A stretch of DNA of 63,966 nucleotides, filler included, from Folioceros fuciformis (taxonomy: Eukaryota): NCBI GenBank assembly GCA_049999805.1. It is 6 parts of 6 records of this genome, joined end to end, with 100 filler letters (N's around TTAATTAATTAA, not from the genome) between each part and the next. Parts side by side here need not be neighbours in the genome. Positions count along the whole stretch, not along the records: positions 30,641 to 49,768 come from JBNGIO010004458.1; 5 more parts are not named here. One strand, given 5' to 3'. The notes beneath the pieces were generated by a model. It did not search any database. It was not told the origin of the DNA and saw only the letters and a program-made list of their open reading frames with translations. Positions within the stretch are counted from its first letter, which is position 1. Each line of letters opens with the position of its first letter. Made by a program: the position numbers and the translations under genes. Positions 35,511 through 49,200 of this stretch are shown here, one piece after another.

Positions 35511-36967
35511 TCAATAGTGAACGATGGGCTCGCCAATGGTATAGTTCCTGGATACGTTGCAAGGAAGGTCGAAGAGTTTGGCGACGATGACCTTGAATAT
35601 CTTGCCGACATTGATGTTGTGCTTTACACTTGAGAAGAACAATGCAGCTCCCATAGCTTTAGCATAAAGTCTTGCCTGATACAAGACACAGCACAAGTGA
35701 TGAGGCTCCACTATACCAGGCACAGCAGCGAGCCTAAGATCCACTCTACCACGTGTTTGAAATTGTTAAATGGACCTGTCTTGTTATCAGCGCCTTCACG
35801 TCCTCAGGAAGAGTGACAAAGTTGTCGTACTTAGTCCCCACAAGTACAGGGAGAGCAGTCTGCATCGGCCATTCCGGGAGGAATTAGTTGCAACATCAGC
35901 CAGCTTTGACCATGACCAATCGGGATTCTAGAAATCGGGATTGCAAAAGTCAAACCTTGTTATACAGCCGGGCTTGCATAAACCATAGTTTCACACTGTG
36001 ACAGCGATAGCAACGGATAAAAAAGTTATGGTGGCTATTCCGGAACAGTGCTGCATGCAATCCAAATGCCTTCAACCAGACACCATACCTATGAAGAGTG
36101 CAACGCCTAGTAAGATCAAAGACAAGCATGATCACTGCTGCATCGCTGCAAACTAGGGGCAAGAGATTGACAAACTGTCCGTGTCCTGCAGAATGAGTTG
36201 AATGAGGCCCATAACCAGCAGAAAAGTCTGTCCCTCCTCAAGATCGACTTGCATTCACAGAACTGCTTACCACCCAAATCCCAGATTGTGAAAGCAATCT
36301 GAGCATTTCTCATTTTGCAAATCTTTTCTCTCGAAGACACTCCAATAGNNNNNNNNNNNNNNNNNNNNNNNNNNNNNNNNNNNNNNNNNNNNNNNNNNNN
36401 NNNNNNNNNNNNNNNNNNNNNNNNNNNNNNNNNNNNNNNNNNNNNNNNTGCACGTATTGGTCTTCTTGTTCTTGTTCGTCAGATACATAGCTCATCTTAT
36501 TGCACAAACACTGTGCCGTTAGCTGTCAACAATTGAAACGAATTCCTTCAGATGATCGAACTAGTGATTCTCACAGTTCAGCTTACCATGAAACTAGTCT
36601 TCCCCGTTTGCATGTCGCCAAGCATCCCGACTTTCACGACCACCGTATCATCAGCCTCAGGGTTCTTCGAGTCAGAGGTGACATTGTGGGAGAAAATGTT
36701 GCTGGAAATGGACATCATCTCATGGCAGGAATCCTGAATGCGCAACTCTTTGTCAGGCCCGCTAGTGTAGGACTTGCTTCGGTAAAGCCGTCGATACGGA
36801 AATGTTGCTACAGCTCCCTCTGAGCAGCAGGTCAATGAACATATCACTCTTCGACGAAGCTGACGGCCAAGACGACCTGCACCCCTCTTCAGAGCCCTCA
36901 TTGGGACTGCTAAAGTATAACCCCTCGCTGCCCTCCAACTCTTCAAGTCCATGTTCTTGACAAACAT
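35511..36967 (-). CDS. SGP1: Septum-promoting GTP-binding protein (Spg1/Tem1-like small GTPase), multi-exon; start codon uncertain; one exon is interrupted by a gap
   Basis: P-loop VKVGMLGDMQTGKTSFM; IAFTIWDLGG; PLVCSDAAVIMLVFDLTRRCTL; PVLVGTKYDNF; QARLYAKAMGAALFFSS..NINVGKIFKVIVAKLFDLPC...GEPIVHY*. Confidence 0.92.
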
Positions 36968-38214
36968 CTTGAGATAACTCCAACAGACTTCCACACCTAT
37001 CTTTACAGATGCACCCGTCCCCAAGCACTGGCCACCTGAAGTCCTGCCCCGCTGCGGCAGGGGCAAGGCAATTCACGCTTTCCACAGTCGCCACCTACCA
37101 GGCAGCTTCCAAGCCCTCATCTTTGCAACAATAGCACAGATAGCAGCAAAAATCTGCGAAGAAAGAGCCTACAACGTTGGCTAGGTCTGCAGCCAGATGA
37201 AAAATAGACTGACAGTCCGCCATGAGTGGCAGTGCTCAAAGATTTTCCATCAAGGAGGGTAGAACGCCCCTCAGAGAACAGCAAAGCAGTCAATTATGCA
37301 GTCCTAGCAGCTGCAGCGCCGAGGATCAAAGACGGCAAGGAATAAGAAGCCTAATATCCAACGACGCAAGTTGCCACAACACAAGGCAATGGATAGCCAG
37401 CCACAGCATCAGCGACGCTACGGCGCGCACAGATCCAAGACTCCGCATGAGCAGTGTTGTGTCTTCGACAAGAACCAGTACCTGATACCTGGCTGTCACT
37501 CACAAGAACGCACGGCGATTTGCAGCGAGCAGCAGCAGCGGATTTGTTAGATGCCCTACGTCAGTAACTTGAATTGAGGTGGACGTGATGAGACTGCTGA
37601 ACTCGTTTCCACTTCGCCCCACTTCGCCTCCACGACGGAATCAGCGAGCGAGCCTTGAGCAGGGTCCGAGGACAGGCAGTGTTCACTAATGTCACTAGCG
37701 GGCCCTCGATGGAGGGCCCTTTTGCCACCGCCTGGGCCCGACCCGACTGACGAAGATTAAACGACTATTGGGCACATTCAGTTCATGGCTGCCCACTCGA
37801 GGCGTGGTGGTGACTTGGCGCTATGCCCGTCAAAAACCCTTACACCCACCGGTCTGACAAGGCCTACAGGATAACTTCAGCGTCATTGCGATTCCCAACT
37901 TTTTACACACGCGTGTCTCGCATTCACCTCCATTGGTGCACAAGTACTTAATTGACGTGCCTTCATGGATTCTATAAAAAGGAAGAAAGACCAACGATTC
38001 ATGGAAACAAATGAGTAAACCAGTTGGTATCCACACTAGTCTACGGAATACCAGGGAGACACCATCGACATAGGGATCACTGTTTTCGTTTTCTTCCTGC
38101 TCGTAACTTTTATGTGGAATGTGCTTTGGTATCCTACACTCATACACTTGTTATTCATCTCTACACCACCATCTTGCAATTACTAATATACACATTTTTT
38201 TTCCTTCTAACACC

Positions 38215-38460
38215 ATCCTGATTGTGCACCAATCTTGTTTTCTCTTCTATTAACATTCTATTGTGCACCCATCTTGTTTTTCTTTTCTAACAACATCATG
38301 ATTGTGCACCAATCTTGTTTTCTCTTCTATTAACATTCTATTGTGCACCCATCTTGTTTTCCTTTTCTAACAACATCATGATTGTGCACCAATCTTGTTT
38401 TTCTCTTCTAACAGCATCTTGAGTGTGCACCAATCTTATTTTTTCTCTTCTAACAACATC
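38215..38460. repeat. Tandem repeat of about 40 bp, about 6 copies
   Basis: Units of attgtgcacc(a/c)atcttgttttctcttcta. Confidence 0.85.
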
Positions 38461-39518
38461 TCGACACAAACCTTTTGTTTAGGGCTTATGTCTTGTGAAC
38501 TTGTTTGCCTTGTGCAGTCTCTTCCTTGGCCACGTGGGCCTTGAGGGCGTGGAGCTGACCAAAGGTGAAGGCCAGGGCTTGGGACGTGAAGCCGGCCTCA
38601 ATGGAGGCCTTTGTAACGCAGAGGGCTCCACAGGCATGGGGCAAGTTGGGAGGCCTCCCTGTTGGCCGTGATGGGGCCTTTGTAGACCAAAGGACTCCGC
38701 GGGCATGGGGTGGCCTGAGAGGTCTCCTTCTTAACCACAATGGAGGACTCTACACCTTGGAGGCCTCCTGCCTCCATGTGGGGGGCGCAGTGCCAGCCAT
38801 AAGGCCTCCTCCTCTCCCGACCCTTGTTTATAACCACTCTTAAGCCTCTCCCTCCGCAAGGTGGCCTAGGAGGCCTCCTTCCTCTCGGCTACGAAGCCAT
38901 AACATGCCCAGGGATGCCTCATGGGCTTCCTCCCTCCACTAAGAGGCTACTGCATGCTGAAGGAGGCCTCGTGGTCCTCTTCCCTTCTCGTAGACTTGTT
39001 GCAACTATGCCCAAGGAGGCCTCGCAAGCCTTCTCCCTCCCCATTGTGAGGTTTAGGAGACCTCGCGGTGCTACTCCTCTAACCCCCCTCCTCATGACCT
39101 CGTCGTGGCTGTGCCTAGGGAAGCCTCACGAGCCTTCTCCCTCCCTGCATTAAGGCTAGGGAGGCCTCATAGGCTTGCTTCTCTGCACCCCTCTCCGAGG
39201 CTGGGTGCATAGCTACAAACCATGGCCCTTTATAACAAGCTCCTTAAGATAGAATTTGCCCTCCTCCCTAATTGTCATGATTGAAAGATAGGCTCTGGGG
39301 CTTATGATGGCATCGTTTATGGTATGGGTACAACTCCACCTCATTTCCAAAGCAAGTTCATGCAAGAAAGATAAATTTATGGTAAATTTATGCTCCTATG
39401 ATGACAGTCAGACGGATACGCCTAGGGAGAACAATGTTCCTATAATGATAGTTAGACGGATACGCCTAGGGAGAACACCCACCCGTCACCCTTATACCAC
39501 TTGTTGTGCTTACAAGTC

Positions 39519-40250
39519 TTTTTTTTTTTTTTTTTTTTTGCGAAGAAAAGAATTCAGATTAAAGCAGCACAAAGCTGCTTCAAGGCTTGCAAATACACAG
39601 CATTAGCAACTGAGCTATGAGTTAGTGTTTAAAGCTATTTCATAGACTTAAGCAATGATCAACTCTTTACCTATATTATTATCTGGGCTGCTCCCCACAC
39701 CCCAAGCGGGAAGGTAACCTTACCTGCCCCAAGGACAGAAGTGATTCCATTGGTTATTGTGTCCGAGAAAAGCTGGCTGATTTCCACTCTTTTCACTTGA
39801 ATTTGCTTATAAGTCTTATGCTTGTCACCAAAATCCTACATCTCTCCACGTTTGTGGGCATTGTATGCCCTAAGGAGTGGATTGTTCCTATTTCATACAA
39901 GTACGGTTGGTGAAAACCACGCAAGCCCATGCCACTTGCCGTCGCCACAAACTGGTGTGTTCGCAACAGACCCAACATCATGAGCGGGCAATTACTTGTT
40001 CAGCATCCTCCTTCCTGATGGTACGAGGGAGTGGAGCGTAAAGCCAACGACCTTCTTGCACGGCACTGGCTCCTCCCCTAGTCGGCAAGCTCAACCAATC
40101 AAGCTTGCCGTTGTGAATATGGTACCCTATCCACAACGCTGGTGTTCACAACTTCTGTGCTACTAGCTAGAACATTCTTATAGCTGCATGCACCTATTTC
40201 AGTGGCACACAAGACATTTCAAAGGCCACTGGTTTCCACAAAGTCCATGG
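39519..40250 (-). mobile_element. Possible 3' end of a decayed LINE (poly-A tail on the minus strand)
   Basis: A run of about 21 T at 39519-39539 is followed by degenerate, weakly zf-RVT-like sequence. No clean motif. Confidence 0.3.
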
Positions 40251-40849
40251 CTACTCCATATGCCAACTGCCATATCCAACGTGTGCTATGCAAATGCCTA
40301 GGATGTGCGGGTGAGACGAGGCACATTCGACTGGACATCGCACCAAGGCACGAGCAATCTTGGGCCCGCCTCTTGGCTGAGGTATCTCACCAAGTTCCCT
40401 CTGTTCACCATGATCAAATTTTGTACATTGCAGCTAATAGTAGCTTGTTTTGTTCCACACTCAATAGGAAGATCCTGTTTCCATCATATCGGTGCTAATT
40501 CGATGGCCTCCATCTGCACTACATGTGGACCATGCCATTTAGGACAACTGGAATGCATCCGAAGTGGACATTTTCCACAACTAACTGCACATACCTCACA
40601 CTGGGGAGGCCTCTGAAAATGGCTTTTGGCATGACCCCTTATCAATCATGAAAGCTGCAGCCTGTGTGGACTACGTTGCAATTGTCTTCATGGCTACTTG
40701 TCGCATCATTGTGCAAGAGGCGGCCAAACCATTATGGGTTATCACAGGGTTCGAGACCTCACATCACTCACGCTTCTCTGGGGCGTTGTCCTCACTGCAT
40801 ATCCAATACCGGTTTTGGATCACAAACTCTGCGATGGCTGCAATCTTCA

Positions 40850-41830
40850 AATTACTGTCCACCTTAATGCTTCCAATGAAGAACACATTGCTAGTCTCTC
40901 ACACTGAGGTTCGGCATTTGCTCCTTGAAGGGAGTGAAGGGTCCTAGTGAATCGACGCTTCAGTGCATATCTGTTGCTTATTTAGAGGCAATCAAGCAGA
41001 GGACCAAAATTGCCATGGCTGCGGCGAGGCAAGATACCGGATTGGAGCTACTGGCAACCTTGTTCCATGCAAGACTATGTTCTATTTCCCAATCGCAAGC
41101 CAGCTTCACAAACTATTTGCTTGCCCATCCACTACTCGTGAATTGTTGTGGTGGAAGGACTATGTGAGCACAGATGGGCAACTGCAAATACTGGCAAACA
41201 CCTCAGCTTGGGCAGCATTGGATCGTGTAGAAGGCTTTGGTGCTGAGCTGCGAAACATTCCATTTGGCATTTCCACCTCCGCATTTAACATGATTGGATA
41301 GCAATATGTCGTGTACTCCATATGGCATGTCCTTCTCTTCATTCACAACTTCCCACCTTGGTTGGCCATCAAGAAAGAGAGGATATTCATGTCCATTCTT
41401 ACGCCTAGACCGAAATAGGTTAGGAATTTGGATGTCTACTTGCAACCTTTGATAGAGGAGTTAGTCATTCTATGGCATGGTCTCCCCGTGCTTGACTTCT
41501 CTTTCCCACCAATAGACCCTCGACACTCATTCTCTGTACGAGCCGGCTTGCTGCATGCCACCCGTGACTATCTGGGCCTCGGTGTCGTGTTCGGGCTGCA
41601 ATTCTGCGAATATCAGTGTTGTACCGATTGTAGTGTAAGGTTACAGCTCCGATGGTCTCCTACTCTAGATAAAGCTATATGTGATGGCCATCGCCAATGG
41701 CTCCCTCTCCACGATACCACAGGTCCTAGCAGCAACATTGAGTTCTTCAACAACAAAGTTGAGTTGCGCCCATGGCCGCTAGAGCACTCAGTTATCAATG
41801 TCATTGATGAGATGGTTGCTTGGGGAAACG
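40850..41830 (+). mobile_element. CACTA/EnSpm Tnp2 (Transposase_21) transposase pseudogene
   Basis: CHGCGEARY...VPCKTMFYFPIASQLHKLF...AW...FGAELRNIPFGIST..FN...YSIW..LL..HNFPPWLAIKKE.IFMS...P...NLDVYLQPLIEELVILWHG...FSVRAGLL...DY, with in-frame stops. Confidence 0.9.
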
Positions 41831-43293
41831 CCATGTCCTTATCATTCTTGCAGTTCAAGAACAACTCCATCACAAAGAAAGTGAGTCATGCTCATGGGAG
41901 CAAGTTAGAGTTGATGGAGCACGTATGGCTTCCCCAAAGAGTTTTCCTCTACGACGAGAGGGAATCACGAAAGTTGCAGTGTAAGCAACTGGGCCAACAC
42001 AGAGTACGCGCGCTGGCTGGTAGTTCGTCAATCACACCTTCGTACCAATCAGAGGGGCACATTGAAAACCAACGCTGTATTTGGGACACACGAGTACAAG
42101 GCCTTTCTTCTCTAGCTATGGTGCTCTTCATGTGCAACTTCGAAGACTAACTTCCTTGCCCCTTGTCTCCTGGTGTTAGTGTCTTCCTAGGGTTTTTCCA
42201 ACGTGGTCACACTTGCTGGGTTCTAGCCTTTTTCTAGCTACTTGAATCTGTCTATTATTCATAATAACTACGTTCCCAAATTAATGAAATAAAAGGGCAT
42301 AATAGCTATTATCCATACTGTGCTAAGGGACAAACTAAAAGCTAAGAATGCGAACTTGCCTTACCGTCCTTCTTGTGCTTGAGCATACACACACATCACA
42401 TACTCTGAGGTTAACTTGGTCAACTAAAGGAAGGAAGGATAGGATCAACCACCTCGACGCGCCTTTTGCCAGTTTTAGGTTTATGTAAGAGAAGGATAAT
42501 GGCCAACTAGACTTTGTGATTTCAATACATGCACTTTGAAAGTGTGAATGAGAAGTTCGCCATGCAAATTAGCTATAGCTCAAACTGTAGAAGCAACATC
42601 TCTAGCTCAATCCAATTCCAATGAGATGATGTACTACTATGGTGTGCTTGAGGAGGTGGTCACCCTATTTTAAGTGGAGATGGAAAGGTGTGCTATAATG
42701 AGTTGCTATGGGTGAAGAAAAGCTTGAACCAAAGTGGAAGAAGATGGCAAGGTGTGCTATAAAAAGTAGCTATAACAAAAGCCCAAACTCAACAGGAAGA
42801 TGATCACAAGTATGATGACAAGATAGGAACATATAAAACTTGGTTAAGATGGAAACTTGATCTCGCTCGAGCTAATATTAAGGGAGCTCATAAAGGTTTA
42901 TATAAGGTTCAATATGTAATTTATAAAACCCGGCAAGATTAATTAATTTAACTCATCATCTTATATAAAATAATTTTAATTTAGTTATGACGTAACTCGA
43001 GAAATATTATTATATTTTATATTCGTTCCCCGTACGTATATTCTCATCCCCAATGCGGAAGGGTTATCAACAACGGTGTTGGTGACCGCGTGTGTCTGTT
43101 GTGGGCTCAAAGTGTCCTAAGGAGATCATTAATTACAAAAAATGCCGGTGAACTGGTTACGGAGATTCGCTTAACGTGCCATGGGGAGACTGTACGTAAG
43201 GAAGCCTTGGACCTGAGAGAGAGCGCCAGGGTTACGGGAGGTAAGGAGCGGAGCGGCATGTTTGCAGGCTGCAGCGGGTGCCAGGACGTGGGA

Positions 43294-46233
43294 ATGGCGT
43301 TGAGGGCGGGAGCGGCGTTGGAGAAGTCCGCGAGCATGGACGCGCAGATGCGTCTCTTGGCACCCAAGAAGGTGTCTGAGGATGATACGCTGGTGGAATC
43401 GGAGGGCTTGTTGCTCGAACGCTTCCTGGATGTGCTGCGGGAGTTACACGGGGAGAAGGTGGAAGAGGTGGTGGTGCGGTGCTATGAGTTGTCAGGCCAA
43501 TACAATCAGACGGATGACCCGGGTATGCTGCACCAGCTCGGCGAGGTTTTGAGCGCGTTGGAACCGGGAGTTTCCATCGTGGTGGCCAGTTCTCTCTCCC
43601 ACATGCTCAATTTGGGCAACCTTGCGGAGGAGGTGCAAATTGCGTTCCGTCGCCGTGCGCTCAAGACCCGCTCGGGTGGCATCTTGGACGAAGGTTCGGC
43701 GTTGACGGAGTCGGACCTGGACGACACCTTCGCCAAGCTCCTCCGCCTGGGCCGGAGCCCGCAGGACATCTTCGAGGCGCTCAAGAACCAGACGGTGGAC
43801 CTGGTGCTCACGGCGCACCCCACGCAATCTGTGCGCCGCTCCCTCCTCCAGAAGCATGGCCGCATCCGCAGTTGCCTCACCCAGCTCCACCGCCATAGCC
43901 TCCCCGCGCTGGCCGAGGAGCAGGCCGCGGACGGGGAGCAAGACGAGGACGAGCGGCAGGAGCTGGAAGAGGCGCTGCAGCGGGAGATCCAGGCCGCCTT
44001 CCGCACCGACGAGATCCGGCGCAGCCCGCCCACTCCGCAGGACGAGATGCGCGCCGGCATGAGCTACTTCCACGAGACCATCTGGAAGGGCCTCCCGCGC
44101 TTCCTCCGCCGGGTGGACACTGCTCTCCACCGCATCGGAGTGCGGGAGCGCCTGCCCTACCGCGTCCCGCTCATCCAATTCTCCTCCTGGATGGGAGGGG
44201 ACCGGGACGGCAACCCCAGAGTCACGGCGGAGGTCACCCGCGATGTCTGCCTCCTCGCCCGCCTCATGGCCACCAATCTCTACTTCTCGCAGCTGGACGA
44301 CCTCATGTTCGAGCTCTCCATGTGGCGGTGCAGCGACGAGCTTCGCTCTCGGGTGGGCTCCCTGGAGAGCGTCTCCAAGAAGGACGCCAAGCACTACATC
44401 GAGTTCTGGAAGCAGATTCCTCCCGGGGAACCCTATCGAGTGATTCTTGGCGAAGTGCGGGACCGTCTCTACTACACTCGGGAGCGCATCCGCCAGGTGC
44501 TGGCTGCAGGCAAGTCGGACATCCCGGTTGATGAGACGTATTCTTCAACTGATCAGCTCCTGGAGCCGCTGGAGCTATGCTACCGTTCCCTCTGCTCCAC
44601 CGGGGACAAGGCCATCGCGGACGGGAGCCTCCTGGACTTCATCCGGCAGGTGTCCTGCTTCGGGCTGTCCTTGGTGAAGCTGGACATCCGGCAGGAGTCG
44701 GACAGGCACACGGATGTCATGGACGCCATCACTCTCCACCTAGGGTTGGGCTCGTACCGGGAGTGGAGCGAGGAGCAACGGCAGGAGTGGCTGCTGGCGG
44801 AGCTGCGAGGGAAGCGGCCGTTGTTTGGAGCAGATCTCCCCATGACAGAGGAGATCAAGGACGTGCTGGACACCATCCGGACGGTGGCCGAGCTTCCTAG
44901 GGATTCTTTCGGGGCATACGTAATTTCCATGGCCACGGCCCCGTCCGACGTGCTGGTGGTGGAGCTGCTGCAGCGGGAGTGCGGGGTGCCTAGGCCGCTG
45001 CGGGTGGTGCCGTTGTTTGAGAAATTGGCGGACTTGGAGTCGGCGCCTGCGTCGCTGGAGCGGCTCTTCTCCATCGACTGGTACCTGGCGCGGATCGCCG
45101 GGCAGCAGGAGGTGATGATCGGGTATTCGGACTCCGGTAAGGATGCGGGGAGGCTGACCGCCGCCTGGGCCATGTTCAAGGCGCAGGAAAGCTTGGTGAA
45201 AGTGGCGCAGCAGTACGGGGTTAAGCTCACCATCTTCCACGGCCGGGGTGGGACGGTTGGGCGAGGAGGCGGGCCGACGCATCTTGCTATTCTGTCACAG
45301 CCCCCGGACACCATCAACGGCTCGCTGCGGGTGACCATCCAGGGGGAGGTGATCGAGCAGTCGTTCGGGGAGGAGCATCTATGCTTCCGTACTTTGCAGC
45401 GGTTCACGGCCGCGACGCTGGAGCACGGAATGTTGCCCCCGGTGTCTCCGAAGGCGGAGTGGCGGGCGCTCATGGACGCTATGACGGTGGAGTCGACGGT
45501 GGAGTACCGGTCCGTGGTTTTCGGGGATCCCAAGTTCGTGCAGTACTTCCGGGCGGCAACCCCGGAGCTGGAGTATGGGCGGATGAACATCGGTAGCAGG
45601 CCTTCCAAGCGAAGGCCCAGCGGAGGGATTGAGACGCTGAGAGCGATTCCGTGGATTTTCGCTTGGACGCAGACGCGGTTTCATTTGCCTGTGTGGCTGG
45701 GGCTCGGGGCGGCGTTCAGGACGGCCCTGCTGAAGAGCCCGAAGAATCTTGACACATTGCGAACCATGTACGAGGAGTGGCCGTTCTTCAGGGTTACCAT
45801 CGACTTGATTGAAATGGTGTTCGCCAAGGGGGACCCCAGAATCGCTGCTTTGTACGATAATCTGCTTGTGTCAGATGAGCTTCAGGAGGTGGGTGCCACG
45901 ATGCGGGCCAAGTACGACGAGGCCAAGCAGCTTCTCTTGAAGGTGGCAGGACATGCGGATATTCTTGCCGGGAATCCCACTTTGAAGCAGCGGCTCCGGC
46001 TCAGGGACCCCTACATCACGGCCCTCAACGTGCAGCAGGCGTACACGCTGAAAAGGATGCGTGATCAGAATTCTCAGTTTTGTGTGCGGAACCCTGTGAA
46101 TGGTGTGACCTCGGCCACTTCCGCTGCTGACCTGGTGCTGCTTAATTCCACCACCCAGTATCCTCCTGGGTTGGAGGACACACTGATCCTCACTATGAAA
46201 GGTATAGCTGCGGGGATGCAGAACACTGGTTAG
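43294..46233 (+). CDS. PPC: Phosphoenolpyruvate carboxylase, plant type, intronless (979 aa from ATG 43294; an alternative ATG is at 43258)
   Basis: N-terminal phosphorylation motif [74 protein letters not shown]; plant-type C-terminus MQNTG. The ORF is uninterrupted. Confidence 0.98.
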   Translation: MALRAGAALEKSASMDAQMRLLAPKKVSEDDTLVESEGLLLERFLDVLRELHGEKVEEVVVRCYELSGQYNQTDDPGMLHQLGEVLSALEPGVSIVVASSLSHMLNLGNLAEEVQIAFRRRALKTRSGGILDEGSALTESDLDDTFAKLLRLGRSPQDIFEALKNQTVDLVLTAHPTQSVRRSLLQKHGRIRSCLTQLHRHSLPALAEEQAADGEQDEDERQELEEALQREIQAAFRTDEIRRSPPTPQDEMRAGMSYFHETIWKGLPRFLRRVDTALHRIGVRERLPYRVPLIQFSSWMGGDRDGNPRVTAEVTRDVCLLARLMATNLYFSQLDDLMFELSMWRCSDELRSRVGSLESVSKKDAKHYIEFWKQIPPGEPYRVILGEVRDRLYYTRERIRQVLAAGKSDIPVDETYSSTDQLLEPLELCYRSLCSTGDKAIADGSLLDFIRQVSCFGLSLVKLDIRQESDRHTDVMDAITLHLGLGSYREWSEEQRQEWLLAELRGKRPLFGADLPMTEEIKDVLDTIRTVAELPRDSFGAYVISMATAPSDVLVVELLQRECGVPRPLRVVPLFEKLADLESAPASLERLFSIDWYLARIAGQQEVMIGYSDSGKDAGRLTAAWAMFKAQESLVKVAQQYGVKLTIFHGRGGTVGRGGGPTHLAILSQPPDTINGSLRVTIQGEVIEQSFGEEHLCFRTLQRFTAATLEHGMLPPVSPKAEWRALMDAMTVESTVEYRSVVFGDPKFVQYFRAATPELEYGRMNIGSRPSKRRPSGGIETLRAIPWIFAWTQTRFHLPVWLGLGAAFRTALLKSPKNLDTLRTMYEEWPFFRVTIDLIEMVFAKGDPRIAALYDNLLVSDELQEVGATMRAKYDEAKQLLLKVAGHADILAGNPTLKQRLRLRDPYITALNVQQAYTLKRMRDQNSQFCVRNPVNGVTSATSAADLVLLNSTTQYPPGLEDTLILTMKGIAAGMQNTG

Positions 46234-49200
46234 GGCTGTTCGGTTTTTTGCCTATTTCACTATGTATGCTTTCTTATGTTCTGTGTATTTATCACATACG
46301 GGGGGTCCGAAGTAAGATCTGTCTCCCCCTTAGAATAAGTAGTGCAAAATTTCTTTGCTGGCTTGGCAACCAATTTTGCCTTGGGAATCGTTTTTTATTA
46401 TGATTCCCACATTAAGGTAAACTACTTCTAGCAATACAGGACTCCCTTCGCTCCTGTCGCTATTGCTATGTGGCCTTTGTTGTAGACAAGGTGTATTTAT
46501 ATTATCTACATTGCTGCAACAATGTGTATTTATATCATCACTTACATTGAGGTTGTCACTTCTTGATGCCAAAGTATAGGGATGTAGTTGTTGTCTCCTG
46601 CAGAGATAGATGGTGAAAGGGAAGGGGGGTGTTAGGGGGATCTGACCTCTCTTCTTCCCTTCCCTTGTCATTCGGTTTAGATAACCAAAGCAAACGCGGA
46701 GCTTCTCTGCCTTGTTGGTGCTTCTTGAAATGCGTTTTGGATGTACCGCACCTTTTTTTTCGTAATCCGTGCAAGGCATTGAACACTGTGAAGCTATGTC
46801 TGTTGCTGATCCTGTATTGAGCATGCCTCTTGCGATCGTTTATTTCCACCAGCGATGTGAGGATGCCACATTGGCGGTCGACTGAGGAAGGCAGTTAGAA
46901 CTTGCAATGACCGTTGTTTCTTGGCAGGAGCCGAAGTGCCCACCAAGAAATGCGCAAATTGCTTCGAACAGTGGGAAATCTGTCGGGCTTGATGAGCAGT
47001 GATAGACTCAAAAGCGGGCTGCAGAATGGCAACGGGAGACTTAGAGGGGAATTTGGAGCGTATGCGCGTGCAGCTGCGGTCCATCGCATATCCGCATCCT
47101 CTGGATATCCAAGGGTGACATGACTCTGTTAAAGGATGCAGCATGCTCTGTTGCATCGAATGAATTCCTTGCGCCTTCACTAAATGCCCCTCCTGCTGCA
47201 ACCGCGCCAAGCAGGCTGCGGGATGGACTGCCGGGAGCTATTTTGCCACTCCTGCACTATGCGTTGCTGGGATATTCCAGACACGTTGCCAGATACCTGT
47301 CCGCCTGTGGCTACGAGTTGTATGCCAAGAGTGACTTGGTTGGCCCACCTCTATGGTACTGGATGCCATGTTGTTTCTTGTCCTCATCTGTCTGTTTGCT
47401 AAGGCTATCCCTTGCTGTCGTGCAGAGATTTGTCGAGTGCACATTGAAGTTTCTTCGAACCGAGTTCAACTACAGATGCTCTTTAACTCTAGCACAGGTG
47501 GGTCCACTGCTGTACGTCGTCGTTGCGTTGGCAACCTGCAACCAGCCAGTGGTCGTTCTGCATTTTATGGCACTGTTTGTTTGTCCTCGTCGTAATGGTG
47601 GAACTCATCCCGCCAGTAAGAAGAGGTTGTTTGCAATTGACCTACTGGTGGTGGCAGCTGTTTGCGAGAGGATTTGTCGAAAGGAAGCTGCATTTTGTGC
47701 ACGACGTGATTCAGGTCAGACTCGGCAGTGGGAGCTTCGCCCAGGTTGACGAGATCAGAGCTCAATATCAAGTCGCTCATCTGACACCCTTTTATATACA
47801 CAGATCTGCAAGAGAAAACATTATGAGCTGCTCAAACAATTCCGGCAAGCCAAGTTCATGTGCAAGGTGAACAGCTCATGTCAGGGAAACAACCAAGAAA
47901 TGGTTGGTTGCGGAAGCCCCCGCCATGAGTTCTAACTTCGTCTTTGTCGCTTCAGCTGAAAAGTGCTCGCCAATCCAACAAGTGTGAAATGGAGAACCAA
48001 GTACCTCCAGCCCAGCCCTGTCTCGTAGTACGTACCTCACATCCAAGTCCGGAAAGACTTTTGACTCTGACCTCAACAAGTTAAGGCGCCACTCTGTGTC
48101 CGACGGCCGACCTCTAACAAAGAGGAGCTACAGGATGACGACATGTCGGAATTGGATCAGGACTCAGAAGAGCACGTGCCTTATTCGAAGCATCAAACCA
48201 TCCATGAGACCAGGGTTCATCAGCAAGGAGAGGTGCACCTTGAAAACTGATCTCCATTACCTCATCATTGGCACCTCCTTCGTAGGTGCCGCATTAAGGC
48301 GGCAGCCATGTTCATGATCCACTATTCATGACTACAGGACCACAGCGGCTGTAGGTTGGGTGCAGCATCACCAACGAAGGTTAGCCCCCCAGCCTTCTCT
48401 TTCGTCGTTAGTGTTCAACAAGCTAGAAGAAGCAAGTAACAACTTGACGGCCCGGGTGCTGTACTATCAGGTGACAATTGAGAGAGGTCACGGAAAAAGA
48501 GAACCTCGTACCAAGCGGTCTCTGGAGGCTTTCTGTGCTCTGAAAAATAGCTACCAGGAGATGTATCAAAAGCTTGTAAGTACGGGTTAGGGGTACACTA
48601 CAATCCATGCTGGTTAGGGCATCATCCTTTGTGAAAGTGTACAATCTGTTGGGGCAGGTAGACATCTCGGACCAGATGGCGGAGCGGTTCTGCGTTTTAG
48701 AGCAAGGTCTGAACACAACCACAGCAAATATACAGGTCCACCTTGAATCCGACATGCAATGAAATCACAGAGAAAAAGACAAATTATCTCTCAGATCTCG
48801 TATTTGTCCTTTTGGGATGACCTCACACACGACATGCAGGATCGACTTGTTGGGCTAGAAGATCGGTTATATCACTTGGAACACAATCCACCATGTCAGG
48901 TTGGAGAAACAAACGCCTGTGTCATTCGTTCGTACTGACCCCACATCGACTCAGAAAGAACTTTAACCACACCTTTCGGCTTTCAGGTTGTTACTGCACC
49001 TCCCAACGTTGTTGTCAACTACAACAAGGCATGTGACGGTAAGTAGTTGACCAGTCTGAACTTCCTTCGAATCTCAAAAGCACACTTTCTTAAATGTTCA
49101 CCAAAGATTCACTGTACAGAGGAGCCATCCCCAAGATCTTGTGTAGAGCGATCCACTGCAGCTGGCATCAGAGACATCAGCAACACCCATCGACGTAAGA

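Noticed and set aside
43090-43293. 68-aa N-terminal extension of the PEPC ORF as a transit peptide
   Set aside because: It begins at GTG and lacks transit-peptide composition. The ATG at 43294 has good context and gives the normal PEPC length.
43492-45608. Long antisense ORFs (300 and 342 aa) over PEPC
   Set aside because: Expected shadow ORFs of a GC3-rich coding strand; no independent motifs.
47120-47749. Faint resemblance of YLSACGYELYAKSDL...WY to NAA35/MAK10
   Set aside because: Too short and weak to support by eye.
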